64,000 nucleotides of DNA, taken from assembly GCF_006345805.1 (NCBI RefSeq), contig NC_042999.1:78368001-78432000 (forward strand), written 5' to 3'. The notes under the pieces are model-generated. The model was not told the origin of the DNA. It searched no databases and saw only the letters and a list, made by a program, of their open reading frames with translations. Positions within the stretch are counted from its first letter, which is position 1. Each line of letters opens with the position of its first letter. The stretch is from Octopus sinensis. Lineage: Eukaryota. Below, piece by piece: positions 42,355 to 56,879 of this stretch. The position numbers and the translations under genes were made by a program.

Positions 42355-42615
42355 TAATTCTTTCTAATTTTGGCACAAGGCCAGCAATTTTAGACAAAGT
42401 CTCTTAGCTGATATCATCAACCCCACTATGTGATTGGTACTTTATTTTTATCAACTCAAAATGGATGAAAGGAGAAGTTGACTGCAGCTGAATTTGACCA
42501 CAGCCAGATTAATGGGCCAACAGAAATGTCTGGTTAGCATTTTGCCTGATATGTTAATCATTTCTACATGTTTGCCACCTTAATAACAACAATAACAACA
42601 ACAATAATGATAGTG

Positions 42616-42650
<35 letters not shown>

Positions 42651-43225
42651 CCTTTCTACTATAGGCACAAGGTCTGAAATTTCTGGAGAGGGGACTAGTT
42701 GATCACATCGACTGCAGTACTCCACTGGTACTCAATTTATCGTCCCCGAAATAAATGAAAGGCAAAGTCAACCTTGGCAGAATCTAAACTCAGAATGTAA
42801 AGATGGACGAAATACAACAACAACAATAATCATAACAATCCATTTTACTATTGGCACAAGACCTGGAATTTGTGGGAAGAGGCCTTGTTGATTATACTGA
42901 ATTCAGTGCTCAACTGGTACTTATTTTATCAACCCTGAAAGAATGAAAGGCAAAGTTGACGTCAGCAGATTTTGAACTCAGAACATAAAACCAGAAGAAA
43001 TGCTGCTTAGTATTTTGTCTGACATCCAAACATTAATGATAATAATTATTTCTTTATTGCTCACAGGGAACTAAACATAGAGGGGACAAACAAGGACAGA
43101 CAAAGGGATTAAGTTGATTACATCGACCCCAGTGCGTAGTTAATACTTTTTTAATCAACCCCGAAAAGATGAAAGGCAAAGTCGACCTCTGTGGAATTTG
43201 AACTCAGAACATAGCGGCAGACATT
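42355..43225 (-). repeat. Cluster of 4 SINE family B copies separated by (TAA)/(CAA)n
   Basis: Repeated ggcacaagg...gatgaaaggcaaagtc...gaactcagaa units at ~42360, 42650, 42840 and 43100. Confidence 0.85.
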
Positions 43226-44148
43226 AATGATAATAATGATTTTATTGTAAACATGAGTCAGAAAAGGGCTAAAAGAAGAGACAGAAGCAGCAATAACCCA
43301 AGCAAAGAAAGATAGCAATGGTAGTCAAAAGTATATTCAGAGAACACAGGTTGTACATGGTAGCCCAAGAAGATAAAGAAATGAACAGTAAAAGAACTAT
43401 AAAGGAGAAAGCATACATAGGAATATGAGGAACTTGGGTTGGTGAAATACAAGGAATTTTTGAAGTATACACTTTTGAGACAGCTTATAAGCAATATGAG
43501 TAGTTTATTCCATGCTTTGACTATTCTGGGTATGAAATAATATTTCTAAAAGTCATGGTTGCTGCATTATTATTTTTGATTTTATGAACATGTCTATGGC
43601 TATTGTTGTTGTTTGTTTCTTCTTGAGCCATGCCTGACTTATAAGGGCCAGTTTCCTGGGTTTCTTTGGCGTATAGGTTTCCCACCTGGATGGGACACCA
43701 GTTTGTTGTAGGTGGGCTACTAGATGCAGTAGGAAAGAATGAGAGAAAATTGTGGTGAAAGAGTCAGCAAAAATTTGTCATTATCTTCAGCCAGAGCCAC
43801 ATGGAGCTTAGGTGTTTTGCTCATAAAGACACACATCCCCCGGTCTGTGATCTGAACCCGTGATCCTTCGACCATGAGTCCACTGCTCTAACCACTAAAC
43901 CATGTGCCTCCACACTATGGCTATTAGAAATACAGAATTCAAAAAGGTGACCCAAATTGTTAGAAAGATAGTGAATAACCTTATGGAATTTGGTCATGTC
44001 AGCTTCTTTTTGCGTGTGGTTGGCGTTAGGAAGGGCATCCAGCTGTAGAAACATTGCCAGATCAAACTGGGCCTGGTGCAGCCTTCTGGCTTCCCAGACC
44101 CCAGTTGAACCGTCCAACCCATGCTAGCATGGAAAGCGGACGCTAAAC

Positions 44149-44179
<31 letters not shown>

Positions 44180-44559
44180 CCTAAAGAAGCAAGGCATTCA
44201 AGATATTGTTAGTGACAGATAAGATGTATTCATGAGGTTGCATGTTTCAGGACAGCTTCCAGTAGATCAATATTTTGGACAAGACCAGGATTTCAAACTA
44301 GATATGCAAACTATGTGTAGATGTACCATAGCTATACATAACCCTACATAGATAACTGGTGAACTGACAAAGCTGTTACTGAATGATAAGACACCTTTGA
44401 ACTTTTTAATCATTTTATAAATGTGGTTTATCCTATGCAGATCATTGTTGACAATAATACCTAGGTAACATTCACCTGTAGATTTTTTATGGTTGGTGTT
44501 ATGGAGGGAATAGGTAAACTCTGGGCATTTCTACTTAAAATTATTGTAGTACACTTTCT

Positions 44560-45340
44560 ATAGTCAGATTCTGTTAACTCAGCAATCCATTGCTGCAATC
44601 TGTCCATATTAGATTGTGTGTGAGGTCTATAGCATATAAGGTCTGTTTTTTTTTTTTATAGTAAGATACAACTTAATGTTATCTGCATATGTTGACACAA
44701 CAACATGCTTCAGGCTGACAAAAGAATTTCATTAATATATACAATAAACAATAGGAGACAAAGAATAGATCTTTATAGGACTAGATGTTATTGCAAAAGG
44801 TGCAGAATGTTGTTCTAGTATTGTAGCTCTCTCTGTTTGACTGAGAATGACAGCTACAAAGATTAGCCTGCATGCTCATTACAGAGACCTTTGCCATGAT
44901 AAAATAAAGGCATTGGCAAAGATAAGATAGATAGCATCAGCCCATGAGCCACTGTCTGTGACTTGGGTGATGTCTTCAAAAAATTCTATGAGTTGGATAC
45001 AGCAGCTGGAGTGGAGGGATAAATCAGAATTGTGAAGGTTGGATAAAGTTGTCTCTCTGACAGAGGACTTCATCAGTTTAGTGATACAGCTACTGAGACT
45101 GACTGGACAATAATTGATAAGGGATCTGTGACTATCCTTTTTGAACATGAAAATAACATTGGCAGTAATCGACTGTTTAACAGTTATTAAGTCAGTAGTG
45201 GAAGAGGAATGAAAACTGGTGCAATAGAAAAAGGGAGCTGCATTTAAGAAGCAGCTAAGTTGTGTCATGAAGACCAGGGGAAGCAGAGTTGCACATATAC
45301 TCGAGATGCCATTGCAGCATTGCAAGAATAAATTTAAAAA
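44560..45340 (-). mobile_element. Decayed CR1-like LINE RT region
   Basis: ANVIFMFKK...NYCPVSLSSCITKLM...QLIEFFEDIT...DAIYLIFANAF; LFIVYIN and YADNIKL at ~44670-44755. Confidence 0.8.
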
Positions 45341-45914
45341 ATGTTATGGATGTTGTCAGTGACAGTGAAGATGGAACATTGGGATTTTCAAAAGAAAAAG
45401 TGTTAGTATAGCCTTCAGCAATAAGGTTTGAGCACTCTTTAGGGTCATAAGTAATTTGCTGATTGTGAAGTGGATTAATTTATACCATGTATGTATGTAT
45501 ATATGTAGGTATGTAAATGTATACATATATTTATGTACATACCTTTATTTATATATGTCTCTCTCTCTCTGTTTCTCTCCCCCTCTCCCTTTTTCCCTCT
45601 CTCCCTCTCTCCCTCTCTGTTTCTCTCCCTCCCTCTCTTTCTCTCTCTCTCCATACATACATACATGCATGCATGTATATCATCCACCTTTCTATGCTTT
45701 AGAGAGATGAAATTTGTTAAGGTATATTTTACACTCCTTTATGCTCTTCCTATCACTAACCTCGCCTATTTCTAAGCCAGATAATATTTCTCCCAGGACT
45801 TTGAGCATGAACAGCACAATTATTAGATACCATGGATATTGATACTCAACAATTGTCAGATATGTTTTTTGTGCAAGTTATAGAGCAGTACAGAAGGTCC
45901 AGTCAAAGGGATGA

Positions 45915-45920
45915 ACACAC

Positions 45921-45997
<77 letters not shown>
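45915..45997. repeat. (CA)n microsatellite
   Basis: Direct reading. Confidence 0.95.
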
Positions 45998-45998
<1 letters not shown>

Positions 45999-46556
45999 AG
46001 AAACACATTCACATCTATGCACATACAAATAGATCTTTCAATTTACCTCTACTAAGTATGGTCCTAATGCTTTGGTCAGCTTGTGGTCCAGGGTGGCATA
46101 CAGTGAGAATGAACCCATAACCATGATAAGGAGCTCTTTCTAACCACATAGCCATGTTTGTGCATACATACATACATACATGCATGCATACATACATACA
46201 TACATGCATACATACATACATACATACATACATACATACACACACATGCATATGCACATGTGCACACACATGCATGCGCATGCACACACACATACACGTC
46301 ACCCCCCACTGCACATGCACACATGCATTTCCATGATTGTATTAATTAGGTAAGGTATTACTGGGGGAAAATTTCTAACACTGGATACTCTTTCCTGACA
46401 TCTAACACTCATGTTTCTAAGGGAGGTAATAATTCCCTCACTCAATATCCTGGTCATGCTTTCACAGAAATTCAGAAATTCATGCAGACATACATACATA
46501 CATCCATACATACATACATACATACATACGTACATACATACGTACGTACATACATT

Positions 46557-46594
<38 letters not shown>

Positions 46595-46645
46595 TTGCTA
46601 TAGTACATATTTATGTATGTATGTATGTACATACATACATATATA

Positions 46646-46710
<65 letters not shown>

Positions 46711-46794
46711 AAGAGATAGATAGAAACATATTTATCCGGACATGAATGCACGTATGTATGTATGTATGTATGTATGTATGTATGTATGTATAGA

Positions 46795-47175
46795 TGCAGG
46801 CATGGCTGTGTGGTAAGAAGCTTGCTTTCCAACAACATGGTTCCAGGTTCAGTTCCCTGTGTGGTACCTTGGGTAAGTGTCTTCTACTTTAACCTCAGGC
46901 TGACTAAAGCTTTGTGAGTGGATTTGTAGATGATAATTGAAAGAAGCCCATTGTATATATGTATATATTTGTGCATCTGTGTTTGTCCCCAACACCATCG
47001 CTTGACAAGTGATGTTGGTGTGTTTATGTCCCCATAACTTAGCAGTTCACCAAAAGAGACTGATAGAATAAGTACTAGGCTTACTAAAAATAAGTCCTAG
47101 GGTCAATTTGTTCAACTAAAGGCAGTGCTCCAACATGACCACTGTCAAAAGACAGAAACAAGTAAAAGAATAAAA
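46795..47175 (+). mobile_element. SINE family A copy
   Basis: Colinear with 19821-20240. Confidence 0.85.
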
Positions 47176-47386
47176 GTATATAATATATCATCATGATCGT
47201 CATAATGTGAAGTCCATCTTTAATGCTGGCCCGGGTTGACAGCTGGACATGATCCAATGAACCAGAAGACTGTCTTGAGTTCCAATGTCTCTTAAGCATG
47301 ATCTCTACAGCTGGATGTTCTTCCTAATGCTTTTTTCATGGCACTAATACTTGTGAGGTCACTAAGCATATACGCACACACATGTA

Positions 47387-47468
<82 letters not shown>

Positions 47469-47754
47469 CTGTGGGTATTGCACATCAATTCTCTCTACCT
47501 ACAAATAAAAAATAGGGTTATAAATGTGGTTAAGTTCCTTTTTGATTTAGGTTTCCTTGAGCACTGAAATCAAATGCATACTTCTACAGAATCTATTATA
47601 TTAATTTTGGGATATTTTTGCAAATTCCATTTTAATATGCACCTATATACATGCCTTACCCCTGTATAAGCACAGAAAAATAAGCTTACTAACATAATTG
47701 CTTAAAAGGTTCCATCTCCGTATAATATACACATGTGCAGAAATGTATACAAGT

Positions 47755-47890
47755 GTGTATGTATGTATGTATGTATGTATGTATGTATGTATGTATGTAT
47801 GTATGTATGTATGTATGTATGTATGTATGTATGTATGTATGTATGTATGTATGTATGTATGTATGCATGTATGTATGTATGCATGTATGT
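47755..47890. repeat. (TATG)n microsatellite
   Basis: Direct reading. Confidence 0.95.
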
Positions 47891-48180
47891 ATCTATCTAT
47901 CTCTCTATATATATCTATGTATGCATGTATTTGAGAGTGTGTATATATACATGTGAGTATGTGTTTCTGTGTGTGTGTCTCCTCCTTTTTATGTGTATGT
48001 ATATGTGTGTATGTATTAATCTGTCTCTCTGTCTCTCTCTCTTTCTATATATATATATATATATATATGCATGCATATGCATATAAACAACCATAAACCT
48101 ATGGAAGTGCGGGATTAAATAAATACATATTCACCTCTCAGACTTCTGACTTTATATATATATATAATATATATATTTAT

Positions 48181-48239
<59 letters not shown>

Positions 48240-48248
48240 TATATATAT

Positions 48249-48672
48249 AGTAGTAGTAGTAGGCAACCATCAGTTTTGAGAGGCCATGGATCTGTACCCA
48301 AAGAAATTGTGTCAGATGCTGATGGTGGTGTAGCACCTGTTGTGGCTTTACAGGCCCACATGGGAGTGGCAGTCATGCATACAGCAACACCATTTGAAGG
48401 AGCACTCTACTGGTGCTGCTGATTTTTCCTTCTGTTGAGTGCACTTTTCTTTGATGGCGAGTACCTGTTTTCCTTCCGTTCTCTTCATTCCCTTTCGCAG
48501 TATTTGCGTCCAGTCTGTGAAATCATTTGCAATCTCCTTCCATCTCAGGATGTCCAGATCAAGTGACTTCATATCTCTCTTACAGACATCTTTGAAACAG
48601 ATGAGGTCATCCTCGTGCTCTTGTGCCGGTAGCCAATTCCCCGTACAGGAGGTCTTTTGGGATCCTTCCATC
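48249..48672 (-). mobile_element. RTE/BovB-like LINE 3' end with C-terminal Cys/His finger and (CTA)n tail
   Basis: DGRIPKDLLYGELATG...FKDVCKRDMK...CMHDCHSHVGL. Confidence 0.85.
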
Positions 48673-48860
48673 TGTTGAGGCTAAAAGCAAAATCCAAGGT
48701 GTGCCAGGTACTCACCAGAGAAATGCTGTTCACAGATAATGCAGCACTAACAGTAGACTCTGTAAAGCAAATGCAGCACCTTGTGGACAAACTTTCAAAG
48801 GCCTGTCAGGAATTCAGACTGACTATCAGTCTGAATAAGACCCAAGTAATGGGTCAAAGT
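48671..48860 (+). mobile_element. Inverted RT fragment of an RTE/BovB-like LINE
   Basis: RLKAKSKVCQVLTREMLFTDNAAL...QMQHLVDKLSKACQEFRLTISLNKTQVMGQ (FADD region). Confidence 0.85.
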
Positions 48861-48939
48861 GTGATATGTGTGTGTATGTGTGTCTGTGTGTATATGTGTG
48901 TGTGTGTGTATACACACACACACACAGAGGGAATGAAGC

Positions 48940-49316
48940 TGATGCTGGTGTCGTGTACCTAGCACCTGTGCCAGTGACAGGTAAAAAGCACCTTTTGAGT
49001 GTTGGGCTTTATGGAGGCAATGACAAATGATCGAGACCCTTGGCAATATGACGTGTGTGAGAAGAAGATCCATCAAACCAAATGTAATCATAGTTGTGAC
49101 AGATACTGGTGTTACACAATTGGCACCTGTGCCAGAGACATGTAAAAGCACCTATTACACTCTCGGAGTAGCTAGCATCAGGAAGGGCATGCAGCTGTAG
49201 AAACCATACCAAATCAAATTGGAGTCTGGTGTAGCCCCACAGCTTACCAGCTCTGGTTAGACCAGCCAACCCAAGCCAGCATGTTCAACGGATGTTAAAT
49301 GATGATGATGATGATG

Positions 49317-49320
<4 letters not shown>
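48940..49320 (+). mobile_element. RTE 3'UTR copy with (GAT)n tail
   Basis: Same family as 3790-4200. Confidence 0.8.
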
Positions 49321-49354
<34 letters not shown>

Positions 49355-49424
49355 AATACACGCACCTATATGTCCATATTATATATATATACATATATAT
49401 ATGTAATACATACACAATATGTCC

Positions 49425-49471
<47 letters not shown>

Positions 49472-49903
49472 AGCATTACACAACAACACATGTGAAACAA
49501 CTTCAGAGATTTGTAAGGTGTATATATAGAGGTCTTTAAAGAGTGTCTTGATGAATCCAAATTATGGCATGAGGCATAAAAAAGAGCAGCTCCGCCTGAC
49601 TTCTTCACCAGAAACAGTAAAGAAAAGAAACCCAAACATACTGAAAGGCAGTGCTCTAGCATGGCCATAGCTCCTGGCAAAAACCAGTAAAAAATAAAAG
49701 AAAAAAAATGAACAATATATATGAATTTTTTTTGTTTCTTTGTGTCTATGTTTGTCCCCACCAACACCATTTGATAACAGGTGATGGTTTGTTTACATCC
49801 TTGTAACAAAACAGACCTGTACAGTAAGTACCAGACTATAAAAAGTCCCTACAAAGCTGTGCCCCAGCATGATTGCAGTCTAATAACTGAAAACAACTAA
49901 AAG

Positions 49904-49945
<42 letters not shown>

Positions 49946-50480
49946 GTTATCGAACACACATACTCAGTGTATGTGCTTTGCTCATTCATATTTGAATACA
50001 TACACACACACGTATATATACAAACACACATACATATATACATACATGCATATATGCACACACATATACATTCTTACACATATATACAAACACATTCAAA
50101 GGAAGTGGGGAGAGAGAGAGAGAGAGATTGCTAAATGTTTCCTTTACAATAGTAAAGTCTTATCTTCAACACCTCTGCATAGAACTTTAGGTACATGTCA
50201 CCAGCCATAATCTCTGGCTAACCCAAAGTTTATGAGAAAAACCTAATTAGAAGTATGACAGAAAGAATCGTACATGTAATTTAAAATACCTATATCATAT
50301 TGAGTCCTTCCAAAAATCATATTAAGGGTATGTTTGTGAACTGTTCAGCCATTTATGCTATAGCATAGCAGCATGTAGGTAGATTCCATCAATTGAAAAA
50401 AGTGGTTCCCTCATCATTGAAAACCGACATGCTTTCCATTAGATACAGAGAAAGAGAAATACATACATATTCATGCAAGG

Positions 50481-50511
<31 letters not shown>

Positions 50512-50801
50512 TATATATATATATATGTATAATATATATGTATATATGTATATATGTTCAGTAATTATAAGCAATGATATGACAATTGTATATCAATCAA
50601 TCAACATCCACTTAAAGAAGCAAGTAGTATATAGAAAATACAAGAATGTGTTATTTGCTCCAAGAGCTATAAGAACTTCCTTCTTCTTGTTTTCTTTCAC
50701 TTTCTCTCTCTCTTGTTCGTATGAGGCTATATATATGCAAATACTCATTGAGACACGCATGTAAAAACGTATGTATATGTGCATTTCTCTGTATATATAT
50801 A

Positions 50802-50841
<40 letters not shown>

Positions 50842-51300
50842 TCTCCACACACATGTATAGATGTAGTACATGTATATATATATATATATATGCATGCATG
50901 TATGTATGTCCCTGTATGTGCATACATAAATACTATTCTTCATATATATATATATATATATGAAGTATACTCTATCTTCAGTATAAGTATTCCTTTTACT
51001 CACTCATTAGCCTCTGTTCAGCTTGCATAGCATAGCTGTCTTAACTGTGTTACCAACTATTAATCTCCTTTGGAACCACTTTGCCATTGTGCATTCTCAT
51101 TTACTTGCATTTCATTTGGTCATCTTCTCTTTGTGTGTGTGTGTGTGTGTTGTGTGTGTGTGTGTGTGTGTGTGTGTGTCTGTGTGTGTATGTGTATGTG
51201 TGTGTGTTTGTGTGTGTTTGTGTGTGTACATTATGTACATATATGATGTTGTATGACATGTGTTTAGCTATGGATATAATGCATTCCTAGTCTCACTCAG

Positions 51301-51359
<59 letters not shown>

Positions 51360-51457
51360 TATATAAGCATACACACACACATATATGTATCATTACACAA
51401 ACACATGTATATACACACACACATATATTTCTGTATAAATAGATATGTATGCATGTG

Positions 51458-51512
<55 letters not shown>

Positions 51513-51552
51513 TATATTTCTGTATAAATAGATATGTATGCATGTGTATATG

Positions 51553-51584
<32 letters not shown>

Positions 51585-52530
51585 TATATAAGCATACACA
51601 CACACATATATGTATCATTACACAAACACATGTATATACACACACACATATATAAGCATACACACACACATTTTAGCCCTCATGTATATGTATATATTTA
51701 TGTGTGCGCATGTGCATCTGTGTGCATGTGCATCTGTGTGTATGTGCATCTATGCGTGTGTGTGTGTGCTTGTGTATATGTGTATACATGCATAAACACA
51801 CACGCATATATACTTACGCATACATTCTGTTTAATAATATTTTTCTCTTGTGTCATACTACTTCTGTCATCTCTTTCTTTCGCTGTTGAAAGTCTTTGAC
51901 ATTTCTTATGATTTCAGCTCTTATATGTCAGAATACAGTTGTGTGTAAGCATTTTCATGAAGCTTAGACATGCATGCATGCACATGCATGAGCACACACA
52001 CACACACACACACATGCACACACACACACATGTACATGCAAACACACACTTACAAAAGTATATAAATATATATATATATATATATATGCGTGTGTGTGTG
52101 TGTCTGTGTGTATGAATTTGCATATATGTATATCTATGCATGCATGTATGTATGCATATATATGTATGTATATACATACGAAGAAGTAAACAAAACAATT
52201 ATTATACAAAAGAAAAAAAAAAGGAAAAAAAATGAACATGTAAATTCAGTTTGCTTCCATAGTACATCTGTAAATTTTGACATACCTCGAGGAATTCTGT
52301 ATTTCTTGAAGATTTCTTTTTCTCTTGGCATTTTCCTAATCTTCCAGTTTTGTCTGCCTGCAACGCTAAAATGAACCTTTAAAAATATTGTGTATGTATG
52401 TATAAAGTCTGTATTTATATATCTATATTTATATGGATATATATATGTAATTATATATATATTATCTATATTTGTTTCTTTCTCTGTCTATGTCTATCTA
52501 TCTTTATATATATGTATATGTATATATATG

Positions 52531-52589
<59 letters not shown>

Positions 52590-53289
52590 ACATATATATA
52601 TATAATTAAAATTTGTATTTCTTATTTTGGCAGTAATCTAGGCAAACTCTTCTCTCTTCACTGCCTGTTTCCTAGACTTCTGCACTGAAATATATTAGGT
52701 TTCTGGCTTCCCTCTCCTCTATCATTTATATTGATTAAGTTATCTTGCATTTCCTTCCCTGCTGCTAGATTGTAAAAAAAAAACAAAAACAACAACAACA
52801 AAAACAAAAACAAAAAAAATCAAAAACAAACCAACAAGAACAAAAATTCCAACTACAACAAAACAAAATAAAACAAAAAAGGTATGATTTCCATTTGCTG
52901 GCGTTCTCTTACAGCCAGCCACACTCTACTCCTCCTATTGGAAATTCCATTTCAGCAGCTGTTTCTTCATTGTCTAATGATCATAGAATTATGTGTCAGC
53001 GTTGAATTTATGTTTAGATGTTCTGTTTCAGTAGTTCACAGATTTTACATTTAGTTGCTGCATGCTGCTGCTGTGCCAGTGTTTAATTTAGAATTTCTGT
53101 TCAGCTTTTGTGTCCTTTGTTGTTCAACATAGTGTTTGCATTTATTTAGCTGCTGTGTGATGTATCTGTTATTTCATTAATGAGCAGTTTGTATTTAGCT
53201 GCAAAAATGTTACCAATATAATTCTTAGTTTGTGTTTAGCTGCTAGTAGCTATTGTCAATATAAATTTAGTGTTTAGTTTCTGTGTGTC

Positions 53290-53679
53290 TGTTGTTGTTT
53301 AATCCCAGGTGAGCACTGACCAGATAACCTAATGATCAAAGACATTCCAGCTATGAACATTCCATCTATTTTCCTTTTTATTCAGATATAGTGTATCAAG
53401 TAACCTAGTGGTTAGGGTATGGAGTGATTGTGAGGTTGTAGGTTCAGTTCTCACACTCATTGGCACGTTGTATCATTGAGTATGTCACTTCAATTCATGT
53501 TGCTTTAGTTCACTCAGATGAAAAGGAATATCAACCACCACAACTGAGATTAGCATCCCATTCGGTGAAGAGTCTTGGAAATCCAGACAAGCGCCATCTT
53601 CACGAACCTGTATGGTCAAGTTAAATATATATGTATGTACATACATATATATCTATATATCTATATCTATATATATCTA

Positions 53680-53726
<47 letters not shown>

Positions 53727-54820
53727 GTTTATATATATATATATATATGTGTGTATATATATATATATGTATGTATATATGTATATATGTGTGTGTGTAT
53801 ATATGTTTATATATATATGTATGTATATAAATATGTATATGTGTGTGTATATATATATGTATGTACACACACACACATACATACACACATATATATATAT
53901 ATACCTATCCTTTATCTTTTACTTGTTTCAGTCATTAAACTGCATCCTTGAAGAAGTTTTTACTTAAAGGAATTGACCTCAGTACTTTTTACTTTTTAAG
54001 CCTGTTACTTACTCTGTTGATCTCTTTTGCTGAAGTGCTAAGTTGTGGTGACGTAAACACACCAGGCCTGTACCAATATATAGTGTATCTAAAATTAAAT
54101 AATCCAGAGTATCCTTCCTCCTTTGAAATGGTAGGGTGTAATTCAGTGGAGATTTAGCTGCTATTTCTTGCAGATTGAACGACTATCTAGAGGTGCCCTC
54201 ATTAACATGTTACTTGATAATGATGGGTTGGTTTTGCTGAATGAGCTAATCTATGATTGAAGGCATTCCTCTCATGACCATCCCATCTCACCATTACGTC
54301 AGGTAAACGATACCAAAGACAAAATTACTGAATGTCTCCTTTCTATTTTAAGACAGTAAAGTTTGAGTTGAGGAAGGTGTAGCTGCTATTTCTTGCCAGT
54401 CAACTGACCACATAGAGGCTTCCTTGTTGGTTCATGGATCTTGTGCTTAGAGCATCTGGGTTTCCCAAGTGGTTACTCATCTAAGTATTGTAACCAGGCC
54501 TGACATTAGCTGGTTTCCATGATCAGACAATGATTGTAGCATCATTATATTTAGTTACTGGGGAATGTTGATATAACATTGGTGTTTAGCTGCTGTCTGT
54601 TGTTGTAGTTGCTACAGTTGTTGTTTAACTCTGGTCAACAATGATTGAGTAAGTCATCAATCAAAAACACTGTGGCTGTGACTATCTAGTGTTGTGTTAT
54701 ATTTTAGCCTACAATGACCAGTATAGATTTCCCTTTTTAAAAAAAAAAAATGAATGATTTGAGGGGAATTTGGCTGCTATTTCTAGCGAGTCAATCGACA
54801 ACAAGAGACTGTCTTGTTGG
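53290..54820 (-). repeat. Cluster of family D dispersed repeat copies
   Basis: On the + strand gttgttgtttaa...atgatcaaagacattccagc and gatttggctgctatttctagca...tagaggct; other copies near 5950, 11290, 13030, 20720, 23910, 24190, 30980, 31800, 33640 and 34440. Confidence 0.75.
54445..54533 (-). pseudogene. Degenerate 5S rRNA-derived sequence (3' three quarters), possibly a SINE3 head
   Basis: Minus strand gtctgatcatggaaaccagctaatgtcaggcctggttacaatacttagatgagtaaccacttgggaaacccagatgctctaagc is colinear with the metazoan 5S consensus GTCCGATC..GAAGTTAAGC...GGTTAGTACTTGGATGGGTGACCGCCTGGGAATACCGGGTGCTGTAGGC (consensus recalled from memory). Confidence 0.75.
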
Positions 54821-56879
54821 ACTGAGTTGGTGCTGTTAGTTGCTGATGATGGGTTTGGTATTTATTGTTAATATAAAGTTATATTAAACATTATAGGACA
54901 CCAGTATGAAATAGAGAACTTTAATTGGCTCACTCAGTGACCAGAACCATCATTTAACTTTGTAGACACCGCAAAATTATTCACCATCTTTACAGCAACA
55001 AACTTGGCAATCTCTTTGGATTCAATACCTTTTCCACCTGTGGATATTCTTGCGAAAAAAAAAAAAAATAATGCAGAACCTATGACGTTTGAAAATATTT
55101 TTTCACACCTGGAATTGTTAAAAATGGAAGAAACTATCTGCATTTGGTGTTGACTGTCAGGACACTGCATCTTCAAAAATGCCATGCTTTGCCAAAACTA
55201 CTCCAGATTTACCTTTGCATTCTTTCCTCTATATAGTTATTTTATTGTTCACTTTCCTGTCTTTATGTGTTTTATCCTGTGCATCATGCTTGTTTCTTTG
55301 GCTTTCATTGTTGTCTTACATTACTTGACTTATTGCTGCCTTCCGTTACCTCTTCTACCCTTTTCCTAAACACTCTCTACAATAAGGTCATTATTACTAT
55401 TTTTTTAAATACCTTCTGGATTCTGAGATAAGGCTGACTTTGCTTTTCATCCGTCCCAAGTCGGTAAATGCTTTACTAGTGATATATTGATATTAATTCA
55501 GCACTCGTACACTTTTACGCCATCACACCTTTTCATCATTATCTGTCACAAATCCACCTTTTTTACCTCAAGGCACAGAGAGCTCAGCAGACAGCAGCAA
55601 CTTATATACACAGACATACATATAAATTCACTCACACACACCTACACATGCAGTACTGACACCCAACATGAGAAATAACAGCTATATTTCCTGTTAAAAT
55701 TATGAATTTTAATGGGGGATATAATTGTTATTTCTAGCATGTTGGGTGGACATTATTAAACATGTACTGTTAATATCTAGTATACTAAGAAGAAGAGCAG
55801 CTATATCTGTGTATTACCCTACAGCTATATTCCTGGTTAAAAGTATAAATTTCATGATAAATTTTGTTGTTAAAAATCAAAGTTTATCACAAAATTTATG
55901 ATTTTAACTGGGATAGCTGCTGTTTGTAGCACATGGTCATCAAAATTCATGTATTTATGTGTGTGTGCATTTGTGTGTATGTGTGCATGCAAGTGTGTGT
56001 GTTTGTGTGTGTTGGCACATATATGCAAGTATGTGTATGAATTGCTGCTGTTCTGCTGAGCTCTCTGTGACTTGAGATGCAAAGGTAGTTTCATGGTGGC
56101 AAAAGAGGCAGGTGGTCTGAAAGTGCATGAGCACTATTTATTTAACTGATTAATAATAATTTGGCCTTGTTCCCATGTACAAGATCAATGTATGTTTAGT
56201 TAGTTGGATGTTGGTTGTAATGAATGGTTTGTGTTCAGTTGTTTATTGTTGTAAATCCATTTATGGTGTTATTTTTTGCCAAGTTTAGGACCACTTTTTG
56301 ACATGCAATATATATGCTGTAGTGTAGCAGTCTTGGTATGTCATATACTCTCCATTGTACAAGCCTGTGTTTGCATATCTGTAGATTCAGGTAGCAGCCA
56401 CAACAGAGAGGGCAACGTGAATTTAGTCTGAATGTGACATCTGCTGATCCTCTTGCATATATTATTGGTACCGTGCATTCATCACACAGTTGAGGGATAC
56501 TGGCAGCATTGATACTGCTGCTATTTTTCTATGTATGTAGGTTTTTTTTTATCCTTGTCTGGGATGTGTGGGAGAAATAATGTTTTTAGGACAGTGTTTT
56601 TATAGTGGTTGGGAACGTTGTAGATGTGTCTGTAGGTGTGGAGAATTTTTTAAACCTTATCTTTTACTTGTTTTAGTCACTGGTCTACGGCCATGCTGGG
56701 GGTACTGCTTTGAAGGGTTTTAGCTGCACCAATTGACCTCAATATATATATTTTTTTGATTCTGGTACTTATTACTTATTCTATTGGTTCAAACTACTAA
56801 GAGATGTAAACATACCAACACAGATTGCAAATCAAACGATGTTGGGGACAGACATGGTCAAAGATACCCCTCTCATATA

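Noticed and set aside
45456-53967. Many long ORFs rich in YI/HT/CV/MYVC repeats
   Set aside because: Translations of (TA)n, (CA)n, (TG)n and (TATG)n microsatellites
54935-55230. ORF 54934-55185 as a host exon
   Set aside because: Interrupted by an A/T homopolymer; the plus strand looks like a very old LINE relic, too weak to call
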